The notes below the pieces were generated by a model, which saw only the letters and a program-made list of their open reading frames with translations, was not told where the DNA came from and did not search any database. A stretch of 64,000 bases of DNA from Octopus bimaculoides. Lineage: Eukaryota. The DNA lies in the NCBI RefSeq assembly GCF_001194135.2, contig NC_068999.1, positions 1,365,859 to 1,429,858 on the forward strand, read 5' to 3'. This document shows positions 37,522 through 51,308 of the stretch, piece by piece. The translations under genes were made by a program, and so were the position numbers. Every line of letters begins with the position of its first letter. Positions within the stretch are counted from its first letter, which is position 1.

Positions 37522-38364
37522 TGAGAAATCAAACAATGAAGTCGCTGTCAAGAGGAGTCTCGTGATGCATTGGTCATGTGACATGACGGAGGAATTTAAA
37601 ATATAATCCCCATCAACACATCTACTGTAAATAATTAATCTATAATTTCAAAGGTTTGTTAATCATCTCATCGTAGAAGCGTATATAATATACCCTGGTG
37701 TATCAATCATCGTAACGAAAGCTCCTGTGTGGCTGTCAACATCGCATATTCCTAATTCCTCGCGGGACTCCACTTAGAAACTTACGCAATTAGACAACTT
37801 TCTCGGGAATCAAATTCAATGAACGCGGTTGCTTCTGTGATTATATGTATGTTCCTATGTGAAGAAATCTATGATGTTGTCCATGTTCGTATTTAGAATT
37901 TACTACGTTGTTGTTAGGGCGCTGTTGTTAGGGCACCATAAAGGCGCTCTCATACTGAGAGTGGGTATACACGGTGAGTTAATATGGAAACGAGAAATAT
38001 ATTGGAAAGCGTGGACGATTGAACAAGCGTGTACGTGTATGTATGTACATATACACGCGCGCGTGCGTCTCTGCACGTGAACGTCTGAAAGCACACACAC
38101 AGAGGTATGCACTCTCATTCAATATTCACTATATGTGTGTATATATATATATATATATCTATATCTGTATATGTGTGTGTGTGTACTCATCATCAATATC
38201 ACCAGGTCTCCCTCTTGTGTGGTATTTTGCTGTTATAATCGATTGTTCTTCGTTGTTTGCACGACTTTCATGTAACCCCACATTCTATTTGTCTCGTGCT
38301 GTCCACAATATTTTTCTTAATGTAATCCCCTTGTGGTTAATAAAGAAATCGTTATATTTTTAAC

Positions 38365-38415
38365 ATTATCATTATCATCATCATTATTATTATTATTGTT
38401 ATTATTATTATTATA

Positions 38416-38474
<59 letters not shown>

Positions 38475-39170
38475 CATCATCATCATCATCATCATCATTA
38501 TTACTATTATTATTATTGGTGTTGTCTTATTGTATNNNNNNNNNNNNNNNNNNNNNNNNNNNNNNNNNNNNNNNNNNNNNNNNNNNNNNNNNNNNNNNNN
38601 NNNNNNNNNNNNNNNNNNNNNNNNNNNNNNNNNNNNNNNNNNNNNNNNNNNNNNNNNATATATATATATATGCATGCATATATATATATTTATACACGCA
38701 TACATTTATATATATACATACATACATACAAAGATATATATACACATATGTGTACGTGGATGTTTGTATTTATTTGTGCGCACACACACACACACACACA
38801 CCTAAACGCATGCACCCATAACAGTATTGTTGGCCTCTTATCATTGTCGATGTTCTTGGAGCTCATATTGTTATTTTTCTTCCCATTAATCTCCCCGAAT
38901 GATAGACGTGAAATATCTATATTTCATAACGAGAATATAATATATGTAAATTTTTCATTTAAATCTCTTAAATCGAAAATCATTTAAAATTAGTAATGTT
39001 CGTATGATCAAAGTCGCTAGGACAATCACCACAGTCTTCATCATCAACACAACCACCATAACCACCACCATCATCATCATCGTCATCGTCATCATAATCA
39101 TCATCATCATCAATAACACCACTACCATCACCACCATCATCATCGTCGTTATCATCATCATCAATGTTAC
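38365..39170. repeat. (ATT/ATC)n tract at 38365-38520 and (ACC/ATC)n tract at 39020-39170
   Basis: Directly visible. Confidence 0.9.
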
Positions 39171-39346
39171 GGTCAGGAGCAACCGGAGCAATATTAACGA
39201 ACGAGGGGGTACATTTATTAGAAATAACAGCTAATTTTTCTTCAAATCCGCAGCAATCTATGTTAAAAGGAATGTGCGTATATTTTACATAGATACATAC
39301 ACAAGCACATATACATATGTATATATTTACCTAAATCCATCTTCAT

Positions 39347-39400
<54 letters not shown>

Positions 39401-39607
39401 NNNNNNNNNNNNNNNNNNNNNNNNNNNNNNNNNNNNNNNNNNNNNNNNNNNNNNNNNNNNNNNNNNNNNNNNNNNNNNNNNNNNNNNNNNNNNNNNNNNN
39501 NNNNNNNNNNNNNNNNNNNNNNNNNNNNNNNNNNNNNNNNNNNNNNNNNNNNNNNNNNNNNNNNNNNNNNNNNNNNNNNNNNNNNNNNNNNNNNNNNNNN
39601 NNNNNNN

Positions 39608-39658
<51 letters not shown>

Positions 39659-39799
39659 GTGTGTGTGTGTGTGTGTGTGTCTGTATGTGTTTGAGAACAT
39701 ACACGTACAAACACACAAGCATACACACATGCATACACACACAAAAGCACACACGTTTAGTGTGTCTACATATAGACCATCCTCTGACGCTGAAATTAA

Positions 39800-39870
39800 G
39801 ATGGATGAGCATGGCTGGTGGACCTTTGATCATCGATCTGCTCAATCAGGGGTGATCTTGGGGGCTAAAC
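39800..39870 (-). repeat. Short unclassified interspersed repeat (family D); related pieces at ~48799-48826 (+) and ~54096-54123 (-)
   Basis: The reverse complement gtttagcccccaagatcacccctgattgag matches gtttagccccagatcagccatgaccgag at 48799; gatgagcatggctggtggacctttgatc matches gatggtcaggcctggaatgtctttgatc at 54096. Confidence 0.5.
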
Positions 39871-41064
39871 CGCCACAACGAGAATAACACCAACAACACT
39901 ATCACCACCACAACAACAATAAGCACAACAACAACAACAAAAGCAACAACAATATATATTGCAACTCAAACACTCTCGGTCACAATATAGCAATACATAA
40001 GCGCTAGGTTGCGGTAACAAGCTCTTATTCATTGCTAGATGGTGATATATTTGATTTTTGTTCGCTGAGGTGTGTAAGGCTGCTGCTTGCTGATGGTTCT
40101 ATTGCCAGAATTAATTTCCTTCGCATTAGAAAGACTCTCTAATGTGTCAAAACACACCAACAAAAATTCCTTTAGTCTTTCTCACTCCATCTCGCTCTTT
40201 TAGCATTCTCTCTTTAATCGTTCACCGTTTCATCTCTCTCTCCTTTTCCTTGTCCTTCCTTCTCTTTCTTGTCCGTACTTTCCCCTCTTAATCACGTTCC
40301 CACATCCTTTTTCTTTCCCGTTGTTCCTAAATTTCTGTCTTTATGTATCACCGCCTCTACATCTTCTTTATCTCTCACAATCAATCTATCTGTATTTCGA
40401 CATTTCTTTCTCAATCTCCTTCCTAAGGCTAATCGATTGGTAACATACATACATGCATGCATACATACATACATACAAACATACAGACATGCATACATAT
40501 AGACATTGCATATACCTACATACGTATATATTATCTATGTCTATTTAACTATCTATATAGGTGAAATCATGTGTGTATACATATATGTATAAGCATATAT
40601 ATGTATATATATTTATAGATAAACACACCCACACGCACACACACATATATATATATATGCGTGTGTGTATGTATTTATGCATGCATATGTGCATTCATAT
40701 ATATGTATTCATGCCAGCAGCATTCTGAAGATTAATGTTACTGCTCTATATAAAAAAACAACACGAAACATAAAACATAAAAATGAAGGAATACGAACAA
40801 ATTAGAAGCGATAAACAAGACAAAAATAATAAAATCCATTAGTAAAACAAAACATAATAAAAGCGGCACGTACCACATGAAATAGCAAATATTCATCTCT
40901 CCGATTTTTCCCCCTCTTATCTTTGAGTGAAACGAATTTGTTTTGTAACAAAACGGATATAAATCGAGATGCCTGTCGGGAAATCAACGCCAAATAAAAT
41001 CCTGTAATACTGTGCCTCTCATTCAAATGCAATGAATGATCAACAAGTTGGTTGTTCTCGTCAG

Positions 41065-41106
41065 ATCCTGTACGACGATAGCAGCATATGTTCTGCCATT
41101 GCACGA
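41065..41106 (+). CDS. Candidate 42-nt frame-preserving microexon
   Basis: Signals are ttggttgttctcgtcag|ATCC...CACGA|gtaagt. It is open as ILYDDSSICSAIAR (phase 0) or SCTTIAAYVLPLH (phase 2). Not recognised. Confidence 0.25.
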
Positions 41107-41702
41107 GTAAGTCTAGGACAACGACACGAAAACACTCTCATTTATTTATGTTGTGTTTTGTATTTTGTTCAAAACTATTTCTGGTTTTCGTTTTCGAAAG
41201 TTGTCTTCATCCACGTGCTGGATCGTAAGATGTAGAGGAAATAAAACCTGAATAGAGCCCCATAGTCTTCAAAAGACGAAGTTGTAGGTTCCTAAATTCA
41301 ACATACGGGCATAGATGAGAGGTTCATGTGGGTTCACTTCGCAAAAACGTGCTCCGAATTGTTTTGTAATGTTGAAACCATTTCATAGTCAATGCCTTGA
41401 GAGTGGAATTTTGTTGACGAACAGCCAAGTTCTTTGCATATATGTGTGTATGTTTGTGTGTGTGTGTGTGTGTTTGTGTGTGTGTGTAATTTTGTGAGTG
41501 CGTGTTTATTACACTTACACATGAATATTATCGACAGTGACTTCGGGTTTTTCAGTCAGTTGAGAAATAATAAATTTGTTCTCGACAAATGTACAGAATA
41601 AACATCAGATTAAAGTAAAATTATTTGTATTATATCGAAACATACAACAAACATCTATATACATACATATACATATATATATATATATGTGTGTGTGTTT
41701 GA

Positions 41703-41753
<51 letters not shown>

Positions 41754-41770
41754 AATATATATGTATAATA

Positions 41771-41803
<33 letters not shown>

Positions 41804-41863
41804 CATATATATATATGTATATGTATACACATGTGTATATATATGCATATATATATATATATA

Positions 41864-41898
<35 letters not shown>

Positions 41899-42050
41899 CT
41901 GTGTGTGTGCGTATGTGTGTATGTATGTCTACAGGTGGTGGACCAGCGTTACCTTGGCCCTGGGCTAAAACCTGTAAAAGTTGAAAGATATACATATATA
42001 TACATATTTATATGCATATAATATTTAATAATAATAATAATAATAACAAT

Positions 42051-42095
<45 letters not shown>

Positions 42096-42120
42096 CATAC
42101 ACTTTTATTCCATTATTTTA

Positions 42121-42380
42121 TTTGTTTACTTGCTTCAGTCATGTGACTACGGCCAGGCTAGACCATCGCCTTTTAGTCTAAAAGATCAGCCCTAGGAATT
42201 ATTTAAGCCAGCTACTTATTCTCTTGGCTTCTTTTGCCAAACACACACACACACACAAGCGCGCGCGCACGCACACACGTACAAACACACAAGCACACAC
42301 ATATGCATATATATACGACGGGCTTCTTTCAGTTTCTGTTTATCAAATCCACTCATAAGGCTTTGGTCTACCCGAGGTAG
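42121..42380 (-). mobile_element. SINE family B (5'-truncated) with internal CA/TA microsatellite
   Basis: On the minus strand: end of head (42380-42315; ...gtggatttgataaacagaaactgaaagaagcccgtcgtatat), microsatellite 42314-42241, tail 42240-42121. Confidence 0.75.
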
Positions 42381-43054
42381 ATGTTTGTGTGCGCGCGCGT
42401 GTATGTGTTTGTGTGTGTGTATAAATACATAGATATATCTGTATATATATATATCTATATATGTATAGAGAGAGAAAGTGAGAGTGAGAGTGAGAGAGAA
42501 AGTGAGAGTGAGAGAGAAAGCGAGAGAATGAGAGAGAGAGAATGGGAGAGACAGGGAGATACATATGTTTCAACGTTTTAGAAACAGAAAACTATTACCC
42601 GTGCAACTACATCTTATTCTCTGGAAAAGACACAAGCACGCTGCATAATATCGTCTTTGACAGATAGCAATGGACAAAAATGGAACTATTTTATTAATTG
42701 TGTGTGATATTTCATTTTATGACGACTTTATAAGTGCCATCCAACCCTACAATGTAACATGTAAATATATTTATATCATATTATTGAAATAATTTATTAT
42801 TAATTTTCCATGAGTAATTAAAATTTGTGAAACAGAGAAAGAAATAACGAAACGTATAGTTTTTTTTTTAATGAATTATAGACATAACCATAAAGTTTAC
42901 GTCAGGGAATACACAAATAGTTAAACTAGAGAGAATTAACAGGGCGTATCAATAAATTTTACTTACAGTTGTGACAGGAATACACGGGAAAGTAATGAAG
43001 AGGCAATAAAACATTTTAAAACACACACACTCACACATACATATATATGAACAG

Positions 43055-43091
<37 letters not shown>

Positions 43092-43990
43092 AATATCAAT
43101 ATTTGTTAATATACATACGGAGAAACTTGTCCCTTTCTGAAATAGCTAAGAAGAAATCAAAAAATTATTGGCTTGAATTTCATTTTAGAAAAATATCTTC
43201 ACTTGCGATGTTGCTTTTACNNNNNNNNNNNNNNNNNNNNNNNNNNNNNNNNNNNNNNNNNNNNNNNNNNNNNNNNNNNNNNNNNNNNNNNNNNNNNNNN
43301 NNNNNNNNNNNNNNNNNNNNNNNNNNNNNNNNNNNNNNNNNNNNNNNNNNNNNNNNNNNNNNNNNNNNNNNNNNNNNNNNNNNNNNNNNNNNNNNNNNNN
43401 NNNNNNNNNNNNNNNNNNNNNNNNNNNNNNNNNNNNNNNNNNNNNNNNNNNNNNNNNNNNNNNNNNNNNNNNNNNNNNNNNNNNNNNNNNNNNNNNNNNN
43501 NNNNNNNNNNNNNNNNNNNNNNNNNNNNNNNNNNNNNNNNNNNNNNNNNNNNNNNNNNNNNNNNNNNNNNNNNNNNNNNNNNNNNNNNNNNNNNNNNNNN
43601 NNNNNNNNNNNNNNNNNNNNNNNNNNNNNNNNNNNNNNNNNNNNNNNNNNNNNNNNNNNNNNNNNNNNNNNNNNNNNNNNNNNNNNNNNNNNNNNNNNNN
43701 NNNNNNNNNNNNNNNNNNNNNNNNNNNNNNNNNNNNNNNNNNNNNNNNNNNNNNNNNNNNNNNNNNNNNNNNNNNNNNNNNNNNNNNNNNNNNNNNNNNN
43801 NNNNNNNNNNNNNNNNNNNNNNNNNNNNNNNNNNNNNNNNNNNNNNNNNNNNNNNNNNNNNNNNNNNNNNNNNNNNNNNNNNNNNNNNNNNNNNNNNNNN
43901 NNNNNNNNNNNNNNNNNNNNNNNNNNNNNNNNNNNNNNNNNNNNNNNNNNNNNNNNNNNNNNNNNNNNNNNNNNNNNNNNNNNNNNNNNN

Positions 43991-44021
<31 letters not shown>

Positions 44022-44384
44022 CGATTATACACATATGTATGCATATATGCATTCACAAACAGGGCTTTGTGAAATTTTGTTCATATACATATATATACAA
44101 TACTATAACAAATTGCAAATGTGGTAAACTGAACGGTATTGATAACTTTGACCGAATATACTTACACATATACACATATGTGTGTGGGTGTACATGCCAG
44201 TGTGAGTGCATGTATATCTGTGTACGTGTGTATGTGTGTGTGTGTGTAGCCTGTATGTGTGGGTACGTTGGCTGATTGCATTATTAAATTTAAGTATTAT
44301 ATCATCTTAAGTGTCTCCTTCAAATGACTCTTCTTCTTTCTGCACTACTTTCTTAAACCAATCCGAGTTCAAGCCCAGTCATCA

Positions 44385-44406
44385 CCACCACCATCATCAC
44401 CATCAC

Positions 44407-44464
<58 letters not shown>

Positions 44465-44465
44465 G
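44385..44465. repeat. (CAC/CAT)n microsatellite
   Basis: Directly visible. Confidence 0.95.
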
Positions 44466-45952
44466 TTCTCATAATCAAAATCCCAGATAATTTACTCGTA
44501 ATGCAAACGAAAGAAAAATAAACAACGAAAAATCAGCATCAAATGCAGGAAAAGCCAAACAAATGAGAATTGTGTAATAATATACATTCAGATGTATATA
44601 TTTATCCATATATTCTACACACACGCACGCACACACATACACAAATGCATTCGCACGCACATACATATATACATATATAAACACAGAGACACATATCGAT
44701 ACCTATAGGTTGTGTTCATATATACACATATGCAACAACTTATAAATATATAAGTGAATATATANNNNNNNNNNNNNNNNNNNNNNNNNNNNNNNNNNNN
44801 NNNNNNNNNNNNNNNNNNNNNNNNNNNNNNNNNNNNNNNNNNNNNNNNNNNNNNNNNNNNNNNNNNNNNNNNNNNNNNNNNNNNNNNNNNNNNNNNNNNN
44901 NNNNNNNNNNNNNNNNNNNNNNNNNNNNNNNNNNNNNNNNNNNNNNNNNNNNNNNNNNNNNNNNNNNNNNNNNNNNNNNNNNNNNNNNNNNNNNNNNNNN
45001 NNNNNNNNNNNNNNNNNNNNNNNNNNNNNNNNNNNNNNNNNNNNNNNNNNNNNNNNNNNNNNNNNNNNNNNNNNNNNNNNNNNNNNNNNNNNNNNNNNNN
45101 NNNNNNNNNNNNNNNNNNNNNNNNNNNNNNNNNNNNNNNNNNNNNNNNNNNNNNNNNNNNNNNNNNNNNNNNNNNNNNNNNNNNNNNNNNNNNNNNNNNN
45201 NNNNNNNNNNNNNNNNNNNNNNNNNNNNNNNNNNNNNNNNNNNNNNNNNNNNNNNNNNNNNNNNNNNNNNNNNNNNNNNNNNNNNNNNNNNNNNNNNNNN
45301 NNNNNNNNNNNNNNNNNNNNNNNNNNACACACACACACACATACATATACATGTATGGCTTTGTTAGTTTCGGTGTGTATACTGTACAAGAGTAATCGTT
45401 ATGAATGTGAATATATATACATACGTATACACGCACACTCACATATGTATATATATATATATATGCGCGCGTGAGTGTTTGTGACTATGCATGTGATTGT
45501 GTGCGTGTGTGTATGTGCGTGGCGGGGTAAGAGAGAGTGTGTGTGTGTCACTAACCCTACGCTGAATGCTTCAGGAAGATATCTTGTTTTGTGTGTTTCT
45601 GTGTTGAAGTTATTTATCGTTTGTGTTTGATATTCGCAGTAATTAGATCTATTCAGGTGAAATATGGAAGAAGATACCTTTCCCATGATATGATTTTTAT
45701 ATATGAGGAATGCATATATGAATGTATGTATGTATAAAATCACGTTAATATTAATACTGATGTATACATTTACATTAATACTGATGTATACATTTACAGA
45801 CGCATACAGAACGTCATACTCATTGACACATACATAAGTATATATATTCGTACATACACTTATATGCACACACATACATAGGAACGACACACAGACATAT
45901 ACATTTATATACGCATGAATGCATGTATATGTAAGTATGCATGCATATATAT

Positions 45953-46001
<49 letters not shown>

Positions 46002-46219
46002 GAGAGAGAATGATTGAACGACAGAGAAAAAGAAGGGTGTGAAGGCTTCACATCGAATTATTCACACATTTATATGCAAAAATGAACATTCGATACTCAT
46101 ATATATATGTGTGTATATATGTATGTGTATGAATTCTAACGATGAGTGTTGGTATGTTTTCACCCATATTAGTTACAGATTCACATACACAAACACATAC
46201 ACACACACACACACCCGAA

Positions 46220-46251
<32 letters not shown>

Positions 46252-46594
46252 NNNNNNNNNNNNNNNNNNNNNNNNNNNNNNNNNNNNNNNNNATATATGG
46301 GTGTGTGTATATGGTATCTATGTATATCATATATTATATAGCCGTTTATATCAGATAATATTTAAGATGAGTTGCATTTTAATCAGCTATCCTTCTGTTT
46401 TCCGCTGGATGTAGGCACTAATGTCTGTTTAACCTAATTTCGCAAGAAATACTTATCTGTGAACCGCTGTGAGGTCTCTGGAGTTTTTTGTATAGATTCT
46501 GCGTATAAAAGAGTAATAGTGGAAGTAGGTGTAATAATAGAAATGGTGGTTGTTAGCCGGTAGTTGGAGGTAGCAGCCATGAGGGTGTAGAGGA

Positions 46595-46935
46595 GAAAGA
46601 AGAAGAAGAAGAAGAAGAAGAAGAAGAAGAAGAAGAAGAAGAAGAAGAAGAAGAAGAAGAAGAAGAAGAAGAAGAACATATTGCGTATGAAGGAAAGGAG
46701 GGGGGCGAGTGAAGGAAAAGAATACGGAATGATTGGAGTGAGGTTTATTGAGTGAGGTGCAGACGGAGGAGAGGAAGACGATTGTGGAGAGATGATTTTA
46801 CGGATAAGAAAGAGGAGGGAGTTTAGAAGAAGAAGAAGACATGTGAACGGGTAAAGGGTGAACAAAACGAAGAAAAGGGAGACGGAGAAGGAAGGAGAGG
46901 AGAAGAGGAAGAAGAAGAAGAAGAAGAAGAAGAAT
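46595..46935. repeat. (GAA)n tracts and purine-rich low-complexity sequence
   Basis: Directly visible. Confidence 0.9.
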
Positions 46936-47256
46936 CAGCTGATGGTGATGAAGAGAAGGAAGAAGATACTGATGTCGACGGCAACGAAGTTCATAAAGCA
47001 AATCGTCATTGTCTTGATCCTGTATTATTTCATGAAAATGGCGAGTTACCCCACGGCCCAAAAGTTTCATCATTCCATGTCTTTTGGGGTTCATCCCCAT
47101 CATGAATACCTTTCATACCTTCAGCTCTCACCTTCATCTTCTATGTTTTCTGATATAACCTTACCTACACAAGCGTCAATTCATACCCTCCTCTTTTTCT
47201 TTCATTTTCAATTATGGTTTCACCTTCCAGACTTTCTCTCCATCATCTTCAAACAC

Positions 47257-47350
47257 TTTCAGCTCTCACCTTCCATACATTCAGCTCTCAACGTCCATAC
47301 ATTTAGCTCTCACCTTCCATATATTCAGCTCTCACCTTCCATACTTTCAG
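47257..47350. repeat. 22-bp minisatellite (ttcagctctcaccttccataca), ~4 copies, plus an isolated unit near 47120
   Basis: Directly visible tandem units with 1-2 substitutions each. Confidence 0.85.
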
Positions 47351-47599
47351 ATGTATCTAAAACATAATCAAGGTTACAGAAGCATCGCTGAAAAGATGTG
47401 GGCGAGTTCAAGGCCTTCTTTCAGGGAAACACGTAACCACAAATGAGGCAGAAGAGAGGACGAGGACGCATAAAAGTAGCTTGGAGCGGGATACTGAGAG
47501 CAAGCTGAGAAAATTCAGGCGATCAACTGGAGAGAAATAGAAAAATAAAAACTGCCCAGTGTTGTGAACTGTGGATAAAAGTCGCCGATAGCTTATCGT

Positions 47600-48400
47600 T
47601 CACAAGGGGCAAAGTGCTTAAACAAGTATAGTACTGAAGTGGGTAGCATCAATTTATCTTCCTCTAAATGTGTTTTTTTGTACCTGAAGTAGAGGTCAAT
47701 ATGTAGCCACGTAAATTTACAATCTGTCGTCGTGCAAAACTTATGTCGACCGTGACATTCATCCTTCAAGATTCAATACCACACACCACACACACGCACT
47801 GGCAGAAATTGTGTTGATGGTGTCGTTACTCTTCCCATTCGTGCTTAACTGTGCAGACATTGCAAAAGTCATGTCATTACATTTGCTTGACTCTTCCCTG
47901 TATTTACTAGACATTGCTCACCTGTTAATTGGCAAAGGTGTTTGAAGGTCGATTCGCATACTTTTGATATATATTACAGGTCTCTATGTTCTAACGTATT
48001 AATCCTTCTGGCATTTTTAAAACAATAAGCATTCATTTTACGGCGAATGCATTTGTTATTTCTAGCATGTCGATTAGCCAGTACAGTTTCCCTTACAGAC
48101 ACGATAAGAAAATTAGTCATCGTCTGCTGCAATATTAAATCACTTCATAAGTTCACAAAATTGTATAATAATTTTGCGATGATTTTCATTGACGCAAGGG
48201 CCTTACTCAAAGACTTTCGTTGCATTTCGATTCATTCAGCACTCAATGATTCTCTATGCCATTGAATTTGTGGTTTATCTTCTTCTGAGGTCGACTTGTT
48301 CCTTTCAAATTCCCTGCATAGATATTACCCATAATGCACTTGTGATGATTTCATCGTGTATGATCTGCTCCTTTGAATGTTGACCTTCTTTTCCAATTCA
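47600..48400 (-). pseudogene. Probable degenerate C2H2 zinc-finger gene relic
   Basis: The minus frame has only 4 stops in ~175 codons (48402-47870). It ends SKVCESTFKHLCQLTGEQCLVNTGK (C-x3-F-x5-L..[H]TG[E]K); a shifted frame continues KCNDMTFAMSAQL (F-x5-L again); then FCTTTDCKFTWLHIDLYFRYKKTH (C-x4-C-x3-W...Y[H]-x3-H). Several ligand residues are lost. Confidence 0.4.
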
Positions 48401-49934
48401 CAAATTAATATTTGAAATTGGAAAATAATGGATACGTTTGAAGTGAGAGAAAGATGAAAAGCGAAAATGTGCGGGTAGAACTGCTACAGATTCCCTTCAA
48501 AGCAACCGTGTATAAAGTTTCCAATTTATAACAAATGTATGCGTTCTTCTGCTAGAAGGTTTCTGTATTGATTTCTGTTTATATATATTATTAGCCCTTG
48601 TGAGAAAAAGAAGGTCAGATCACCTCTTGGTTAGATGTAAACAATCTATAGAATAATGTCGCCTTTCAGTATAACAACACAGTTGAAGAGAATATTGTTG
48701 CAGAGAATATAGACTTGGTGAATTAATTATTGGAAGCGTGCTTATTGTTGTCCTAAAGGAAGTATGTTATTAATACGACACATTGTTAGTGATGTTTTGT
48801 TTAGCCCCAGATCAGCCATGACCGAGAAAGGGCAACAATGAATGGCTTCCCACTCGTTAACATCCCTTTGCTTTGTTTATCTGGAACTAACTATAGAAAG
48901 TGTCTTTTGTTTTGAAGAGCCAGCGGTGGAGGGGCATGACTTCAGGGATACATGGGTTCAATTTCTACATGTTAGAGCCAAACAACAGTCACAGACTTCA
49001 CTTGTTTGAAACCAGTCATTTATACTACGGCGCTTAAACTCCTATATCCCTTATCTACATCGGTAGAGTCGTACAGAACGTCATGGCAAGTTCGATTTTG
49101 CAATCAATCATTTCAGACTGAATTAAATCATAAAAATCAAAGGTAGAAACGTTTGCGTTGCGTTCTGAGTTTGAATACAGTCAGGTTCCATTTAGGTGGC
49201 AGACTTAATACTTAGTCTGTATACCGGCGGCACCTGGGACGTTGGGTGCTTCATCTAGAGAATAGTATTACAAGCATCAGATCTGTCATTTTGACGATAA
49301 CTTCCTACCTCTCTCCATTCTATCATTCGCAGGGTACTGTAAACAGACATGCGCACTCTCTTTCTTTCTGATAAACGATTAAAGGAGCAAATTTAAATAC
49401 AATTTCGTATTTCATTTCTGTTATTACGGACGAAATAGTTACAGCAACTATCAGCAAGATTTGAAAGAAGACATCATACGACGTACAAATGAGTGGAAAT
49501 TTGCTACCACAGAATCAATCATTGCATTGGCTTGAAAAATAATGCTGTTCTATGAATATAACGGTTTAACAAAACACACACAGACACATACAAATACAAG
49601 CGCTCGCGTGCGCGCAGAATATCCGTTCAAACTGTGATTCTTTTTCTAGATTAAAATTTATGGTATTTTACGAGATTTCTTTTATTGGGAATACCAAGAG
49701 TAAGAAGAAGAGAGCGATAACAATTTCATATGCAAACGCACAGCATATTAATAACTTATTTGGTTTCCAGCATTCATTTAGAAAGATTACTAAATATTAA
49801 GTTAGAAAACGACAATATTCAAAGTGATAAGTTATAGACATGAAATTTCAAAAAATATGGAGTTTAATCCAGTCTAAGGAACGGAAGATCAGTGACACCA
49901 AGAAATTCATACGAGCAATAACAAGTACGTAGAT

Positions 49935-49940
49935 AGATAA

Positions 49941-50018
<78 letters not shown>

Positions 50019-50045
50019 TGATAGACAGGCAGACAGATAGACAGA
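49935..50045. repeat. (GATA)n/(GACA)n microsatellite
   Basis: Directly visible. Confidence 0.95.
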
Positions 50046-50079
50046 TAGCTGGACATAAACACACATACCTATATATATA

Positions 50080-50430
50080 GGCGCAGGCGTGGCTGTGTGG
50101 TAAGAAACTTGCAGTACCACTTTGTCACACTTTGGGCAAGTGTCTTTTACCGAAGCCTTGTGAGTGGAAACTGAAAAGAAGCGCGTCGTATATATATATA
50201 TATNNNNNNNNNNNNNNNNNNNNNNNNNNNNNNNNNNNNNNNNNNNNNNNNNNNNNNNNNNNNNNNNNNNNNNNNNNNTATATATACGTATGTATGTATC
50301 TATGTGAGTGTGTTTGTCTTCCCATCATCGCTTGACATCTGCTGTCGGTAAGTTTACGTCCCCTTCACTTAGAAGTTCGGAAAAAAGAGACCGCTAGAAT
50401 ATGTTCCGAGCTTTAAAAAAAACCTAAGTA
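50080..50430 (+). mobile_element. SINE family B with head, internal (AT)n/(ATGT)n microsatellite (partly gapped) and tail
   Basis: Head 50080-50188 (ggcgtggctgtgtggtaagaa..ttgggcaagtgtctt..ggaaactgaaaagaagcgcgtcg), microsatellite and N 50189-50305, tail 50308-50430 (gtgtttgtcttcccatcatcgcttgaca..gtttacgtcccc..gttcggaaaaaagagacc). Confidence 0.8.
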
Positions 50431-51264
50431 CAGTGGATTGCGATTCCCGTTGACAGCGTGTTGATATCTTAAATACTTATATTATAGAAATTAGTTCAGT
50501 TCTCTGACGCCTAATGGATTTGCTGTGTATATCAGTAGATTGGCTGATTATTTTTCTGGTATTGATGGAGTAATGCAGACACCCCTGATCATGACTCACT
50601 GATGCTCCATAATCAATTAAGGCTGCTCTACACATTTTCTTTCTTTCAATCTACGGGGAAATAGTTAAATTTGCGATGTTTTCAATATGAACTATGTAGG
50701 TTTACATATATTAATGATTGATTTTATGTAAAGTCTTCTATAAAGACAATATAACATTCATTTGAAGGATAACTCATTACTTTTTAGGAGAGTAAATGTT
50801 TATTTTTATAAGAAGAGTATTGACAGACATGCTATATTTTGTTTCTGTAAACACATTGCCGTTGTCTAGATAAAGAAACTAATACGGCAATTACAAAGCG
50901 ATAGAAATTTCCGAAAGCATCCAACAGTTTTGCAATTTACTGTTCAGAGGGGATGATATTGAGAATTTCTGTGGCATGAATTGTGTTTTATGTAAACAAA
51001 CCAAATTTCAAAACGTCACATGTTTAGAATAAACGAATGTACCACGAGAATAGACGCAGACGTTTGTATAAAAGTTAAGCGAACGGTAAAATATGCGCGT
51101 ACAAGCACGCACAAATATACATCATGTGCACGCACACACATTCCATATATACGTTTATATATATATGTATGCCTGTGTGAGAGTGTCTCTTGGAGCGTAA
51201 GAATATGTGTGTGTGTGTGGGTGTGTGTGGGTGTGTGTGTGTGTGCGTGTATGTGTGCATGCGC

Positions 51265-51308
<44 letters not shown>

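Noticed and set aside
47257-47350. 22-bp repeat considered as a CRISPR-like array
   Set aside because: The units are contiguous with no unique spacers, there are no cas genes and the context is eukaryotic; it is an ordinary minisatellite.
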